Counted from the stretch's first letter, positions 39,044-50,737 are shown. The stretch is DNA of 64,000 nt from Mytilus edulis (GCF_963676685.1 NC_092344.1:119040001-119104000), one strand, 5' to 3'. The notes: generated by a model not told the origin, from the letters alone. Made by a program: numbers and translations.

Positions 39044-41814
39044 AAATCCCATTACATAAGAGATTCTTTCCACTCATATCAAAATTTAAATATCAGTTTA
39101 TTCAAAGTTCTACTAAACTTTATGATTTTTTAATTTCTTCAATAGAAAAAATGGGAATTAGTAGGTTAACTGTACCAGGAGCTACTGCATATGTCCATTC
39201 ATCATGTCTAATAAATTATCATAAAGGTAGCAATTGACAAACATTTCTTTTAATCTGACTAGCTTAATAAATCACAATATAAATTTAATGCAATAAAAAA
39301 TTAATGCTCACTTTTGAAAAAGAGAAGGAAATCTTTTTACAGTAATTAAAAAAAATATATATATATTATTAAAGAAGTGATTTATATACAATATAACAAC
39401 TCAATTGTTCACAAAAAGCACACAAACATGGAACAGAAGGATTACAAAGACACTTAAAACAAGTAGATATATAATGGAACTAAACATAGATTATAAATGT
39501 TATCCTCTTACTAATTAAAGTACGACTCAACCATTGTAAAGACGAATTTCAAACTAATACACTTTCTCATTAACCACAGGTAGGTAATATGTTCTGAATT
39601 GCTAATGATTTGCAAGTTTTATTTCTCACCAGAGCTTTTCATTTTAAGGAGCTTTGGTCATTTAACTTAGACAAATAAGTTTGACCTGCACTAAAAAAAA
39701 AAAGGTTGATCCCCGTGCACAGAATACATAATAAGAAAATAATTTGCGAGGATAAGCTGTATGTATATGCAATGTTCAAAAACCTGTTATTTCAAGACAT
39801 TGTAGTATGGCTATTCAGTATTCAGTTTAGTTTTAAGTGTGCACAAATGCAATTTAATAAAAAAAAATTAAAGTATCATTTACTAAAATACACACAAATT
39901 CTACTTTTCTTACATGTTAAAACATTGTTTTTTGAATTAGTAAAAAATGTCTTGCAAATGTTAGATGACTAATGTTTAATTTCCTAAATACCAATACATA
40001 TTCACCAATACATGTATAATCTAAGTAAAACTTTAATAATCTAGGTTAATCCTGGTATAAAACCTAAAATCTACTTCATTGTGTTCTTAACAAAATAAAC
40101 AAGAATCAGTAAAGTGTTAATTCATAACTCTAATCTAGATTAATAGAGATTTCCACACTTTAAATTATACATTACTTTTGTATAAAATCAAACAGCTGTA
40201 AATACACTATATATGTATTACATGCAAATGATTTCATAAATCGTATAACTGACCATACATTTGTAGAGGCCAGACATAAAGTCTTATTTAACTTAATTCC
40301 CCAAATAGTCTTTCAAAGAAAAGAAACAGTGTACCAAAAAGTAATCTCTCACTAACCAAACTTCTACATGTCCCCCCTCCCCCCCAAAAAAAAATACTCT
40401 CACACAGCAACTACACATTCCAAACCATAAAAAACTCACACAGACATCCCAGTCTAACAAATGTTCTCACAAATATACGTAACATTCGACACCCCTACAA
40501 TTAGTTTTATCAGAAGCTAAATATTTTTTCACATAATCATTCATTTCTATTTCAGAACTAGTTTATAAGTTCAAAACCACATTATTTATTGAATGGCGAG
40601 GGGGGGGGGGGGGGGGACAATTAATCTCTTTCATGTTAAAAACTGTAAAACACATCAGGACATAATGTCAGCTTGTAATAGAAGAGATCTAAACACTATT
40701 CAGATCACTACTATTTTTCCTAAAATAAAATGGCAAATTGTAGCAACGTGGTATACGAAGGAACTTTTGGTGCTTTTTTGACAGGTGACAATTATCTTAC
40801 CTGCTGTGTTTTCTACCTTTTTTTTTCTTCATTTAACCATTCTTTTTGTTGAGAAATATCACTGCAATCTACAAACAGATAGTGAAAGATACCATCATAT
40901 AATTGAGATTACATCACGTATAAACACACAAGGTGTGTATAATATGTTTATGTCACTGTTCCCCAGGCTAACTACCAGTAGTAATTGAAAATCATTGTTG
41001 TCTTATCACCAGACAAATTGGGATGTCTTTGATTGACACATCTATTTATCATTAATTATAACATCTACTTCTGTTTTTTTCATCTGTCAGAGGGGCGGTT
41101 CTGGCTCCCACTAAGGGTCTTATTTCATTAATTTTAGGTTTGAAACGTTGTGTATTCAATCTTCCTGCCAACTTTAAACATATCATCAGGGATACAATAG
41201 AAATAAACATTTGTATGTTTAAAAATTTCAGTTTGTTGAAACTAATTTTTACATTCATTGTTAACTAGTTCGGAAGAAAATTGTTCAGTGTTGTTCAAAT
41301 TTACATATTGTATTTTTTACTGTTTATGCGTTTGACTAGCCATGACCTTATCCAGTTCATTTTCTTTGTTGTCTGACCAAGTTTATATATTAACATTCAT
41401 TTCATCACATACAAAACTATACTGTACTATATCTAGTCAACATATAAACTTTGGTATTAAATAAAGTGATTCTTAGAATCTGGAATTATAGTTTTATACC
41501 AAACACAGTCATGTCATTTGATGTTTGTCTATTTGGCTGATTTATGTCACCTTAGGAAACAATGCTGTTGTGCATGAAAATTATTAGACATGATGTGAGA
41601 TGCCTACAGTATAAAATATTCTTTAATTGAAAACTTTACATAAATTATGAAGAGAACAAAAACAAATGCACATAAAAACCATAATTAAATACAGACACCA
41701 TCGGTAAAATAATGAAAACAAAATGACAAACACTACATGTAAAAGATTAAGACATACATGTGAACCCCATCATACATAGAAGTTGAAATCAGGGGCTCAG
41801 GAAAAGGGAAGTAT

Positions 41815-41970
41815 TTGATCGATTATGTGTGTTTAAAGCCACTTTCATTGCTATTGGCTACATCATGGTGGTTAGTTTTTATTTGTGGAGCAAATTGTAG
41901 TGCAAAGAATTATTTACCAAACTTTAGCAGGAAAGCTAACAATCCTAGTCAATAAAGATTGGAGTTCAAC
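41815..41970 (-). mobile_element. Degenerate MetaSINE-like fragment
   Basis: Reverse complement of the motif set seen at 1912-2030. Confidence 0.4.
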
Positions 41971-44439
41971 ACACTAGCATTAGTGCTTGCTCTTGCATCC
42001 TTAACATGTTTTTTGGTAGTCAATCACCACCAAACATTTTTAAATTTTAACTCAAAACATATTTAATGATGAACGATTTCAACCCTAGGTAAATTGAAGA
42101 ATCTTATGCATGGTCACAGTAAACACTGATAGCATTTGATCTAAATGTAAATCCGCAGCTTTTATTGATTATTGAAAGTTTAAAAGGAAGAAATGGAATT
42201 GTGGTTATAACTTTAGTCCTATAAAGTGTCTTAATTCATTTATACCTAAAAAAATTATTGCACAAATGATGTATACGCCTGGGCCTTTTGGTGTTAAGTT
42301 AGCTATTCCACATGAAATACAGCACAATAATTATAATTACCCATCAAATCCAACACAACTCACAAACTGTGTTGTTAAGAAGCTTAAATCAGATTCTGAT
42401 CTGTCTCCTTCATCTAAAGTAGAACTAGGCTTTAAACTGCAATCAAATTAAAAATTGGGTTAAACAGAAATCATCTTTTACCACTAAAGGGGAACAACTC
42501 TAATTTAATATGTCTCAAGTTTTCTTGTTTTTGGAGGATATTATAAATAATAGGCAAATTAGTTTGTACAGCCATATCTCATCAACCAGTTCTTCTATTA
42601 CCTTTTTTCTGTCTTAGAAACTGTACGGCCTCTTCCTTTCCATTTAAATTTGTATAATTTAGATTAAAGTTGTTCTTGGTCTACACAACTAATCATACTT
42701 TTCAAGGCATATTTTTTTTGCTGGAACTAGAACTAGGTTAAACATGATTAAACATAAATATGGTTAATAAAGAGTCATTCAAATTTCTGCTTACTATTGA
42801 ATAAATTTCTTTCACCTGATAAATTAAGCTCATAGCTTATGAAAGGTTGTTAGAATGAAGCAAGTGTTCTGAAATATAAATTATTAGTAATTTAATATCT
42901 AATTCCAATGTTTAGTATAAGTTGCAAAAATTGTTTCCCAATCCACTATACATAAATATGGTTTTCCCGTTTGAATGGTTTACACTAATAATTTTGGGGC
43001 CCTTTATAGCTTGTTGTTCGGTGTGAGCCAAGGCTCCTTGTTGAAGGTCGTACATTGACCTATAATGGTTTACTTTTTTTAAATTGTTATTTGGATGGAG
43101 AGTTGTCTCATTGGCACTCACACCACATCTTCCTTTATCTATTAAACTAATGTTTGATTACTATTTGACAAAATATAGGTGTAATTGTGAGTTACTAGCA
43201 AAAATAATATGAGGCAAACTTTTGAATTATAAGCTCTAACATTATATAATCTGTTGACACACAGATATGTCATGCTTTTGTAATCTTTTTTCCTGAAAAG
43301 AATAATGAAATGTATTTGTTGGAAAAGGGAAAATTGTAGTATTGAAAACATGATAAAGGGGAATATGTAGTTTGTCCATAGCCTAGATAACAGTCATTTC
43401 AATGAGGAAAAAATTAAATTAAATTAACCATTGAATGACATGGTTTCCAGAATTTTAAGCATGGCTAATCCTGATTGGTATTTGTGTGCAGCTAATATTT
43501 TTTACTTCTAAGTCACTCAGTGCACTCTGCATTATAACAAAATCAACATAATAATATGTTTATAGACCAAAAGGAACTATAAACACTTTTCTTCACTGAG
43601 ACAACACGTGTTCCATTAATGTTGAAATGATAGGCAATGGAGAAGAGTAAATCAACATGCTGAAGGGTAGAGATTGCTATAATTACATCTATGCTACTAT
43701 TTATCAGTAAGTAAAACGAAATAGAGTTGGTTGTAGTTACAATTCTGAACAAAGGAGGATAACTCCAATTTTTAAAGATGACTTTAACCATCATTGATAT
43801 TTTTTTTGACAGATATTAGCACTTTTAGCAAGTTATTTAATCATTATCTTGGCAGGTATACCATTGTTTTATGACTGAATATCTTGGCATATTTCTGGAA
43901 ATGTTCATGGACAGGATGTATAAAATGATATGGCCAATGCACTATATTTTGTGTATCTCAAAGGTAGTGATAAATCTTAGAAAACTTAGATTTCAAGTTT
44001 GTACCATAGGGTTTTGATTCTTTCACAGAAATTATTAAGCTTCAGCTTAGTGAACAACTTGGTGTTAGTGCCTTATTTTGTAGTTTTTAAAACGCATGAA
44101 TTGTCTCAACATTTATCTTTGATCTTACATGTTGTACCTATTAAAACATTTAAACCAGCTGCATTTGTCAGGAACCGTATGTTCAGGGGTGCATAAGGTT
44201 TTTTTTTTTTTTTTTTATTTGGATCAGACTGTTTGTTTTCTGTTTGAATGGTTTTACAATAGTCATTTTGGGCCCTTTATAGCTTGCTATTTGGTGTGAA
44301 CCAAGGTTTCGTGTTGAAGACCATATTTTTTTCTATAATGGTTTACTTATATTACAAATTGCAAAACTACAATACAATAGGCCTGCAAAATATTCTGTGA
44401 AGTTGTTTAAAGTTGAAAACTTCACATAATTGCTCTTTT

Positions 44440-45168
44440 GAATATTCTGCTGAAAATGTTCCTGAAGTCTTGAATAATGGGAAAAGTTCCTTAGAACTAT
44501 TAGAATCCTTTGTGTGAATACCTTTAAGCATACACTACACAACAAAAGATATACATCTCCAATCACAAAATCATTGCACATGTTCTCATTTGACTACGAA
44601 AATTATTTAGATTTAAAACACCCACAAAAACATTTGTTAACAAAATACAGACTCAGCAATCACTGTTTAAGAATAGAAACTGGCAGACATGAACGAATTA
44701 TCAATGTATGTGGTAAATATGAAATATTACCTCGACATGAGAGGATATGTTTATATTGTAATTCAAATTGTATTGAAAATGAAATGCACTTTCTTCTGGA
44801 ATGCCCTCTTTACAATAACCTTAGAAGAGATGTGACTGATTATATCAAAAAAGTTTAGATAATTCAAACAGAAAAGATCTTTTTTCATAGATCATGATTA
44901 ATGAAGATAGCAGATTTTTATCAATTTTATGTGCATACCTCGATAAAGGCCTGCAACTTAGAAAATCAGAAAATTAGTCAACTTAACTCTAAAACATATC
45001 CAAATTATCTCCCCTTGACCACTGATTCTTTCTTCATGCATTTGAATTATTATTTTATGTTTCTTTAATCACTCTGTAATGTTTATGTCATGTTGTAATT
45101 AATGTTATGCTCTTAATGGGCCCTTTAATTTGGAAAATAAAAATATTTTATTGTATTGTATTGTATTT
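44440..45168 (+). mobile_element. 5'-truncated non-LTR retrotransposon (RTE-X-like) with ORF2 C-terminal zinc finger and (TTGTA)n tail
   Basis: ORF 44514-44858 LTKYRLSNHCLRIETGR...ERICLYCNSNCIENEMHFLLECPLYNNLR; 3' GGGCCC..AATAAA plus pentamer tail; similar tails at about 59390-59450 (+) and 60324-60385 (-). Confidence 0.75.
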
Positions 45169-45628
45169 AACAACTTGTAGATGACATGAGAGTATATAGG
45201 TCTCACCTCTGCCACTTCGAGACAAAGCAAATGCAAATAATGATGGATAGCAAACCTTTTCAAATAAACAGGTTTTTTTTAATTAAAATATGGTTTGGTA
45301 GCTTATCTTTTTCACCACTAAAAACTTTGTTTGCTCAATACTACCACCTTCAGACTACTAAAGCATGCCCCAACTCACAATTCATAGTACGAGAAAGGGA
45401 GCAAGTTTCCCACACAACCAAATAAATGGAGAATGTTTCCAAGGGGGCACAGATGATACCCAAGCTTGTATGTGTTATAAAGAGGCATACTAGAGAACAG
45501 TTTTAAATAGTCTTGCCACAGAGATTCAAAATTTACTTATGTGGTAATTTGCTTTAAATACAGGTTTTCATCACATTTGGTTGAGGGAAACTTAATTGAG
45601 AACAGAAACCAATTTCGGGCCAGACTGG

Positions 45629-45759
45629 TATTGGCAGATCCAGGGAGAGGGTTCCGGGGGGTGGAACCCCCCCCCCCCCTTTTTTTGGATGATCAATGCA
45701 TTTGAATGGGGACATATAGTTGGAATCCCCCATTTTTAAAATGGCTGGATCTGCCCCTC
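45629..45759. mobile_element. Degenerate GC-rich MITE (GGCGGATCCAG family)
   Basis: ggcagatccag / ctggatctgcc TIRs; homologous to 62663-62821. Confidence 0.6.
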
Positions 45760-46472
45760 GTTGGACAAGCTTCATCTGCAGTGGGGGCAAAACTGTTGAC
45801 AATTTAACTTGTCACTGTCAAACTGATTATCAAATATGGAGTCATTCTGGTCAGTAGTACATTTGTAATTTAACTGTAAATGTGTGATGAAAAATTAGTC
45901 AATATTATCAGTATCAAAAAATAAATTGGTTCCAGCATAAAAAAAAAAAAGTGCTGAACAAACCAACAAAGTAATGGCAATATAACCCAAACTTTTTGTT
46001 TAAAATTTGGAAACTACCTAATGATTCTATTTGTTAACTTGTGTCATGTAGTTATAGCTTATGATTGTAATATTTTTTTGGATGATATTCAACGTGACAA
46101 ACTCAATTTTCATCTTCACGGACAACACCAAAAATATATCTTTGTAACAACTAGACTTCTGATTGCCTGTCCGAAAGACATTGGATACAAATCATCAGCT
46201 AAATCTTCTTTGTTTTTGTTTTTATGTATGGGAATGATTTTCATATATGGTCTGCAGCTTGATAATGCCAAGTTCTAGTGTATGAGCAATTTTTACATGT
46301 TAGTACAGCCACTTCCTCTTAGGCTCTATATCTTGTAGATCTTTTATTTTGCAAAGAAAATCTTTGTTTGGTTTAAAATTAAATGAAGATTCCATGACAG
46401 GGTATATCATTGATTGGCAATATATTTCATGCATACAGAAGACAACACTTTTTTCCTCTCATAACATCACAT

Positions 46473-46478
46473 TTTATT
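46473..46478 (-). terminator. RPS12 poly(A) signal
   Basis: AATAAA 7 nt after the stop; a second AATAAA overlaps the TAA. Confidence 0.7.
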
Positions 46479-46485
46479 TGAAAGT

Positions 46486-46548
46486 TTATTTCTTTGATCT
46501 GAAGTATTCGTGAAGAACATCCAGAGCCTGTGATTCTTTTCCATAATC
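46486..46548 (-). CDS. RPS12: 40S ribosomal protein S12 exon 6: DYGKESQALDVLHEYFRSKK*
   Basis: ttctgtttttAG acceptor, phase 0, canonical eS12 C-terminus. Confidence 0.95.
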   Translation of the reverse strand, partial: DYGKESQALDVLHEYFRSKK

Positions 46549-46703
46549 CTAAAAACAGAAATAATACAAATTAGGTCTATACTCGTTAAGCCTCACACTA
46601 TCACGGTATAAACCATTCTATAAAGCAAGCAGTATTGTTTAATATATTGTAAATCAAATGTAGATGTGTCTAGAAGTTTAGACGTGACAAACAATATATA
46701 AAA

Positions 46704-46832
46704 TTATGGTTAGCATTTCTCTCAATATAAATGTTGTAAATCAAGGAAAATCATTGCAATTTTTCTTTACGCATTCTGTTTCTCAATGGGAACTTTTAAG
46801 TTGCTTATGAGCACTGAAGGGTGAAGAATGCA
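46704..46832 (-). ncRNA. Candidate box H/ACA snoRNA in RPS12 intron 5
   Basis: Hairpin TGCATTCT/AGAATGCG with internal pocket and upper stem TTCAGTG/CATTGAG; H box AAAGAA about 14 nt from the pocket; weak second hairpin; ATA variant of the ACA box. Confidence 0.3.
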
Positions 46833-47170
46833 TTAATCTTTAATTAGGAACTAAAAATTTAACATTGTACTATACTAAGCCCTTGAATGCAATGCTATGA
46901 ATTTTTTCAACTACAATCATATAGACAAAGGAAGATAACTCTAGTATATACATTTTGAAAATTCATTCAGCATCAACCATTTATTTTATTTTCCGAGGTA
47001 TGGTTATACATACATACATTTAGTTACTTAAATATTTGGGAAAATGTCTTAATGCGAATATAATTCATTGATAAATTACTTTCTATGTTCATGGACAGGA
47101 TTTATAAAATATTGTGCTCAATACCCTATGTTTTTTTTTCTAAAGCAGTGACTAAGTTGGGAAATTATCA

Positions 47171-47249
47171 AGCCTCAGAGTAGAAATAATTTCCATTGTA
47201 TCCACATCAAACTTCAGAAGAGGGAGCATGGAATTCTTCATCACAGGCT
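47171..47249 (-). ncRNA. SNORD100: Box C/D snoRNA, SNORD100-like, copy 1 (intron 5)
   Basis: Stem AGCCT/AGGCT, C box GTGATGA, guide CATGCTCCCTCT before D' CTGA, D box CTGA. Confidence 0.8.
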
Positions 47250-47331
47250 ATATTTTATCAGGCTAGGGTTCATAAAATGTGGGATGTAATTATGCATGAA
47301 TTTGATAGGAAACAACATATAAATTTATATT

Positions 47332-47661
47332 CTAATGCAACAACGTTTGTAACGTTCATTTTGATTGGATAACGTCACTTTCTTACATGGCATCAATTGA
47401 CAATTGATGCTATGGGACATACGCGCAAGCGCAGACAGCATATGACAGATTTTAAATACATGTTTTAACGTTATTTTCTGTCAGTTTCATTAGAATGGAG
47501 ATAATTGTATTTTAAGCTCCGACGGCATCAATTTGGGATTTGATGGTCGCAAATACCCGTTTACTGTCTCCGCTAACGCGTCGCCAGTAAACTTAATTTG
47601 CGACCATCAAATCCCCAATTGATGCCGTCGGAGCTTAAAATACAATACAGTTATCTCCTAA
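47332..47661. mobile_element. CpG-rich repeat with a long terminal hairpin (arms within 47497-47658); possibly a non-autonomous Crypton-like element
   Basis: Near-perfect inverted arms ...TTTAAGCTCCGACGGCATCAATT.GGGATTTGATGGTCGCAAAT; class assignment uncertain. Confidence 0.55.
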
Positions 47662-47736
47662 TTGCTTCATCCTTGATCAGCAATGTCAGTCTCAGATGCA
47701 GAAAACACTCATCATGTATAAGGGGAGATAACTTAC

Positions 47737-47838
47737 TTTAACAACTACACAGCTACAGCCAACAACTTTCCTGGCCTTTCCTTCTCTATCAATTTTGCAT
47801 AGACCAGCCCATTCTCCTAGTTTCTTGCTGTCATCTAT
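47737..47838 (-). CDS. RPS12: RPS12 exon 5: [34 protein letters not shown]
   Basis: ttttttacAG acceptor, AAA|GTAAGT donor, 102 nt; signature eS12 sequence. Confidence 0.97.
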
Positions 47839-47960
47839 CTGTAAAAAATTCAGAGCATCTTCATAAGAAATGTATTTTAAATATATGTCAGCCTTTTCTA
47901 TATAACTATACAAATTAATCTATCAATCATACACTATGTACCGTATACAAAATATTTATG

Positions 47961-48041
47961 AAACCTCAGAGTAGAAATAATTTCCATTGTATCCACATCA
48001 AACTTCAGAAGAGGGAGCATGGAATTCTTCATCATAGGTTT
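47961..48041 (-). ncRNA. SNORD100: Box C/D snoRNA, SNORD100-like, copy 2 (intron 4)
   Basis: AAACCT-ATGATGA...CATGCTCCCTCTT-CTGA...CTGA-GGTTT. Confidence 0.85.
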
Positions 48042-48459
48042 AAGTGAATTGTTTATGTAAAGGTTGAGGTCCAATGCAATTTATTTTCTGACCATCCCTT
48101 TGAGTTTTAACAGTTTGCAGTAAAACCCTTGCTTAATATGGGCATATGCTTCACAACTATGCTTCGTTGTGAAGCATATACAAAATACAACTTCATGGAG
48201 TAATTTAGACATTTTGAACATTTGCAACAAGAGGTTCCTAATGCATGATAAAATGTCTGCCTCAATCCAAAATGCCTTCATTGCCCAGTTAGAGTCAAGA
48301 TTTGAATACCTTGATCATGGTAAACATACCTTGCAGAACATTAATTCGTTACAAAGCTTTGTTCATTTGTTCTCTTCCAAAATTTACATGAAATATTTTT
48401 TTCACTGGATATTAATCAAACAATCAATCAATAATATACTGAATTTTTATACTCATATA

Positions 48460-48540
48460 AAACCTCAGAGTAGAAATAATTTCCATTGTATCCACATCAA
48501 ACTTCAGAAGAGGGAGCATGGAATTCTTCATCATAGGTTT
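48460..48540 (-). ncRNA. SNORD100: Box C/D snoRNA, SNORD100-like, copy 3
   Basis: Same sequence as copy 2, all boxes intact. Confidence 0.82.
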
Positions 48541-48960
48541 TAATGACCTTTAAGATTGAGGTCCAATTAAAAGTTATTTACTGGTCATCTCTTATACTTT
48601 TACCATCCTGCAGTAAAACCCTTGATAAATATGGGCATATGTTTGGTTGTCAAGTAATATAAAATACAATCACAGATGATATGAATTTGGTTGTTGAATC
48701 GGAGGAATTCTGTTCTTGCAAATTACAGAACATTTGCAACAAGAGGTCCCTGCTACATGACAACATGTCTGCCCAAATCCAACATGCCTTCAAGGCCCAG
48801 TGACAGTCTAGATTTCAACACCTTCATTATGGTAAACATACCTTGCAGAACCTTGGTTATGTAGTTTTGTTCATGTGTTCTCTTCCAACAAAATATACAT
48901 GAAATATTTGCCACTGAGCATAAATCAAGCAACAATCAATCAATAATATACTGTATATTA

Positions 48961-49649
48961 TAGTCCGTTTGACTTCTATAAATCTTCAAAAAATAATTCT
49001 TAAAATTTCATTTTTAAAGATAAATATTTTTTTTCTTCATGTATGTTAATGTATGATATATACGAACTCTGACTATGCATATCATAATTTTAAACCTATA
49101 ATAAAAAAAGTTACTCATTAGGTCTCTATGTTACTTCAATTTATTTTAATATAAAATACTCAATGGAGTACGTATGAGTAGTGTAACAGCCTTCCATTCA
49201 AAACAAAAACATTAGACATGTGCTCTAAACCTGTTTTATTGTACCATGTGACTTTACTCATTTAAATAACTCTGGTCATGTGATTACTGAGCTTTCTGTA
49301 TTCAATGAGAAATACAAAAGCATGCACACATGACCAGAGTTATTTAAATGAGTAAAGTCACATGGTACAATAAAACAGGTTTAGAGCACATGTCTAATGT
49401 TTTTGTTTTGAATGGAAGGCTGTTACACTACTCATACGTACTCCATTGAGTATTTTATATTAAAATAAATTGAAGTAACATAGAGACCTAATGAGTAACT
49501 TTTTTTATTATAGGTTTAAAAATTATGATATGCATAGTCAGAGTTCGTATATATAATACATTAACATACATGAAGAAAAAAAATATTTATCTTTAAAAAT
49601 GAAATTTTAAGAATTATTTTTTGAAGATTTATAGAAGTCAAACGGACTA
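48961..49649. mobile_element. 689-bp foldback MITE with TA target-site duplication
   Basis: Near-perfect inverted arms 48961-49282 and 49327-49649; flanked by TA; empty site CTGTATATTACTTGTC present at about 50146-50161. Confidence 0.9.
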
Positions 49650-49657
49650 TACTTGTC

Positions 49658-49738
49658 AACCCTCCGAGTAGAAATAATTTCCATTGTATCCACACCAAAC
49701 TTCAGAAGAGGGAGCATGGAATTCCTCATCATAGGTTT
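49658..49738 (-). pseudogene. SNORD100: SNORD100-like copy 4, D box mutated to CGGA (probable pseudogene)
   Basis: Homologous to copies 2 and 3 with substitutions in the D box and the C' region. Confidence 0.7.
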
Positions 49739-50161
49739 TAATGACTTAAGTTTGAGGTCCAATTAAAGTTATTTACTGGTCAATCCTAATACTTTTACCA
49801 TCCTGCAGTAAAACCCTTGATAAATATGGGCATATGTTTGGTTGTCGAGAAATATAAAATACAATCACAGATGATATGAATTTGGTTGTTGAATCGGAGG
49901 AATTCTGTTCTTGCAAATTACAGAACATTTGCAACAAGAGGTCCCTGATGCATTACAACATGTTTGCCCCAATCCATCATGCCTTCATTGTACAGTGGCA
50001 GTCTAGATTTCAAGCCCTTCATCATGGTAAACATACCTTGCAGAACTTTCATTATGTAGTTTTGTTCATGTGTTCTCTTCCAACAAAATATACATGAAAT
50101 ATTTGCCACTGAGCATAAATCAAGCAACAATCAATCAATAATATACTGTATATTACTTGTC

Positions 50162-50241
50162 AACCCTCAGAGTAGAAATAATTTCCATTGTATCCACATC
50201 AAACTTAAGAAGAGGGAGCATGGAATTCTTCATCACAGGTT
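50162..50241 (-). ncRNA. SNORD100: SNORD100-like copy 5 (D' box variant CTTA)
   Basis: C box GTGATGA and D box CTGA intact, guide intact. Confidence 0.72.
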
Positions 50242-50737
50242 CAAGTAAATTTTTATGAATATTTTTAAATTTCAGTCACTCAGTGAATCAGTAATTTATT
50301 TCCAATTAAGAATGTGATTAAACACAATTGGAATTTTAATAGAGGTTTTAACATGATACAATTTACAAAGCATATAATTTACTGCCATTTATAGTTCTAC
50401 TAGTCTTCTGGCACCAATTAAGTGATGCCATTCCAATAACATTTAAATTTGTAAGATATGTTCGAGGACAGTCACAGCTGGTTGGAATTGCAATATTAAT
50501 CATGCCACATTTCAGATCTCTTGAAATAACTGACAGAGGGGTTGCCAGTCAAACATTTTGTCCCTATCCTCACATTCCCCCCCCTTCTCCAAAGGCATTC
50601 CAAAAGACCACATTTACCAAGGCCAACCTTCTCGACAGACGATTTGTTCTCATTTGGAATATGACCAAAATATAAGCCACTGGACATTAATCAATCTTCA
50701 AGCGATCAACCAACATACATTATGAATAATATTTATA

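Noticed and set aside
47674-47717. ATGATGA followed by three CTGA motifs on the minus strand (possible extra C/D snoRNA)
   Set aside because: Only about 45 nt, no terminal stem, about 20 nt from the donor and no recognisable target; at most a relic cut by the adjacent insertion
48081-50130. ORFs of 60-124 aa within the snoRNA array
   Set aside because: No recognisable domains; frames not preserved between duplicated units
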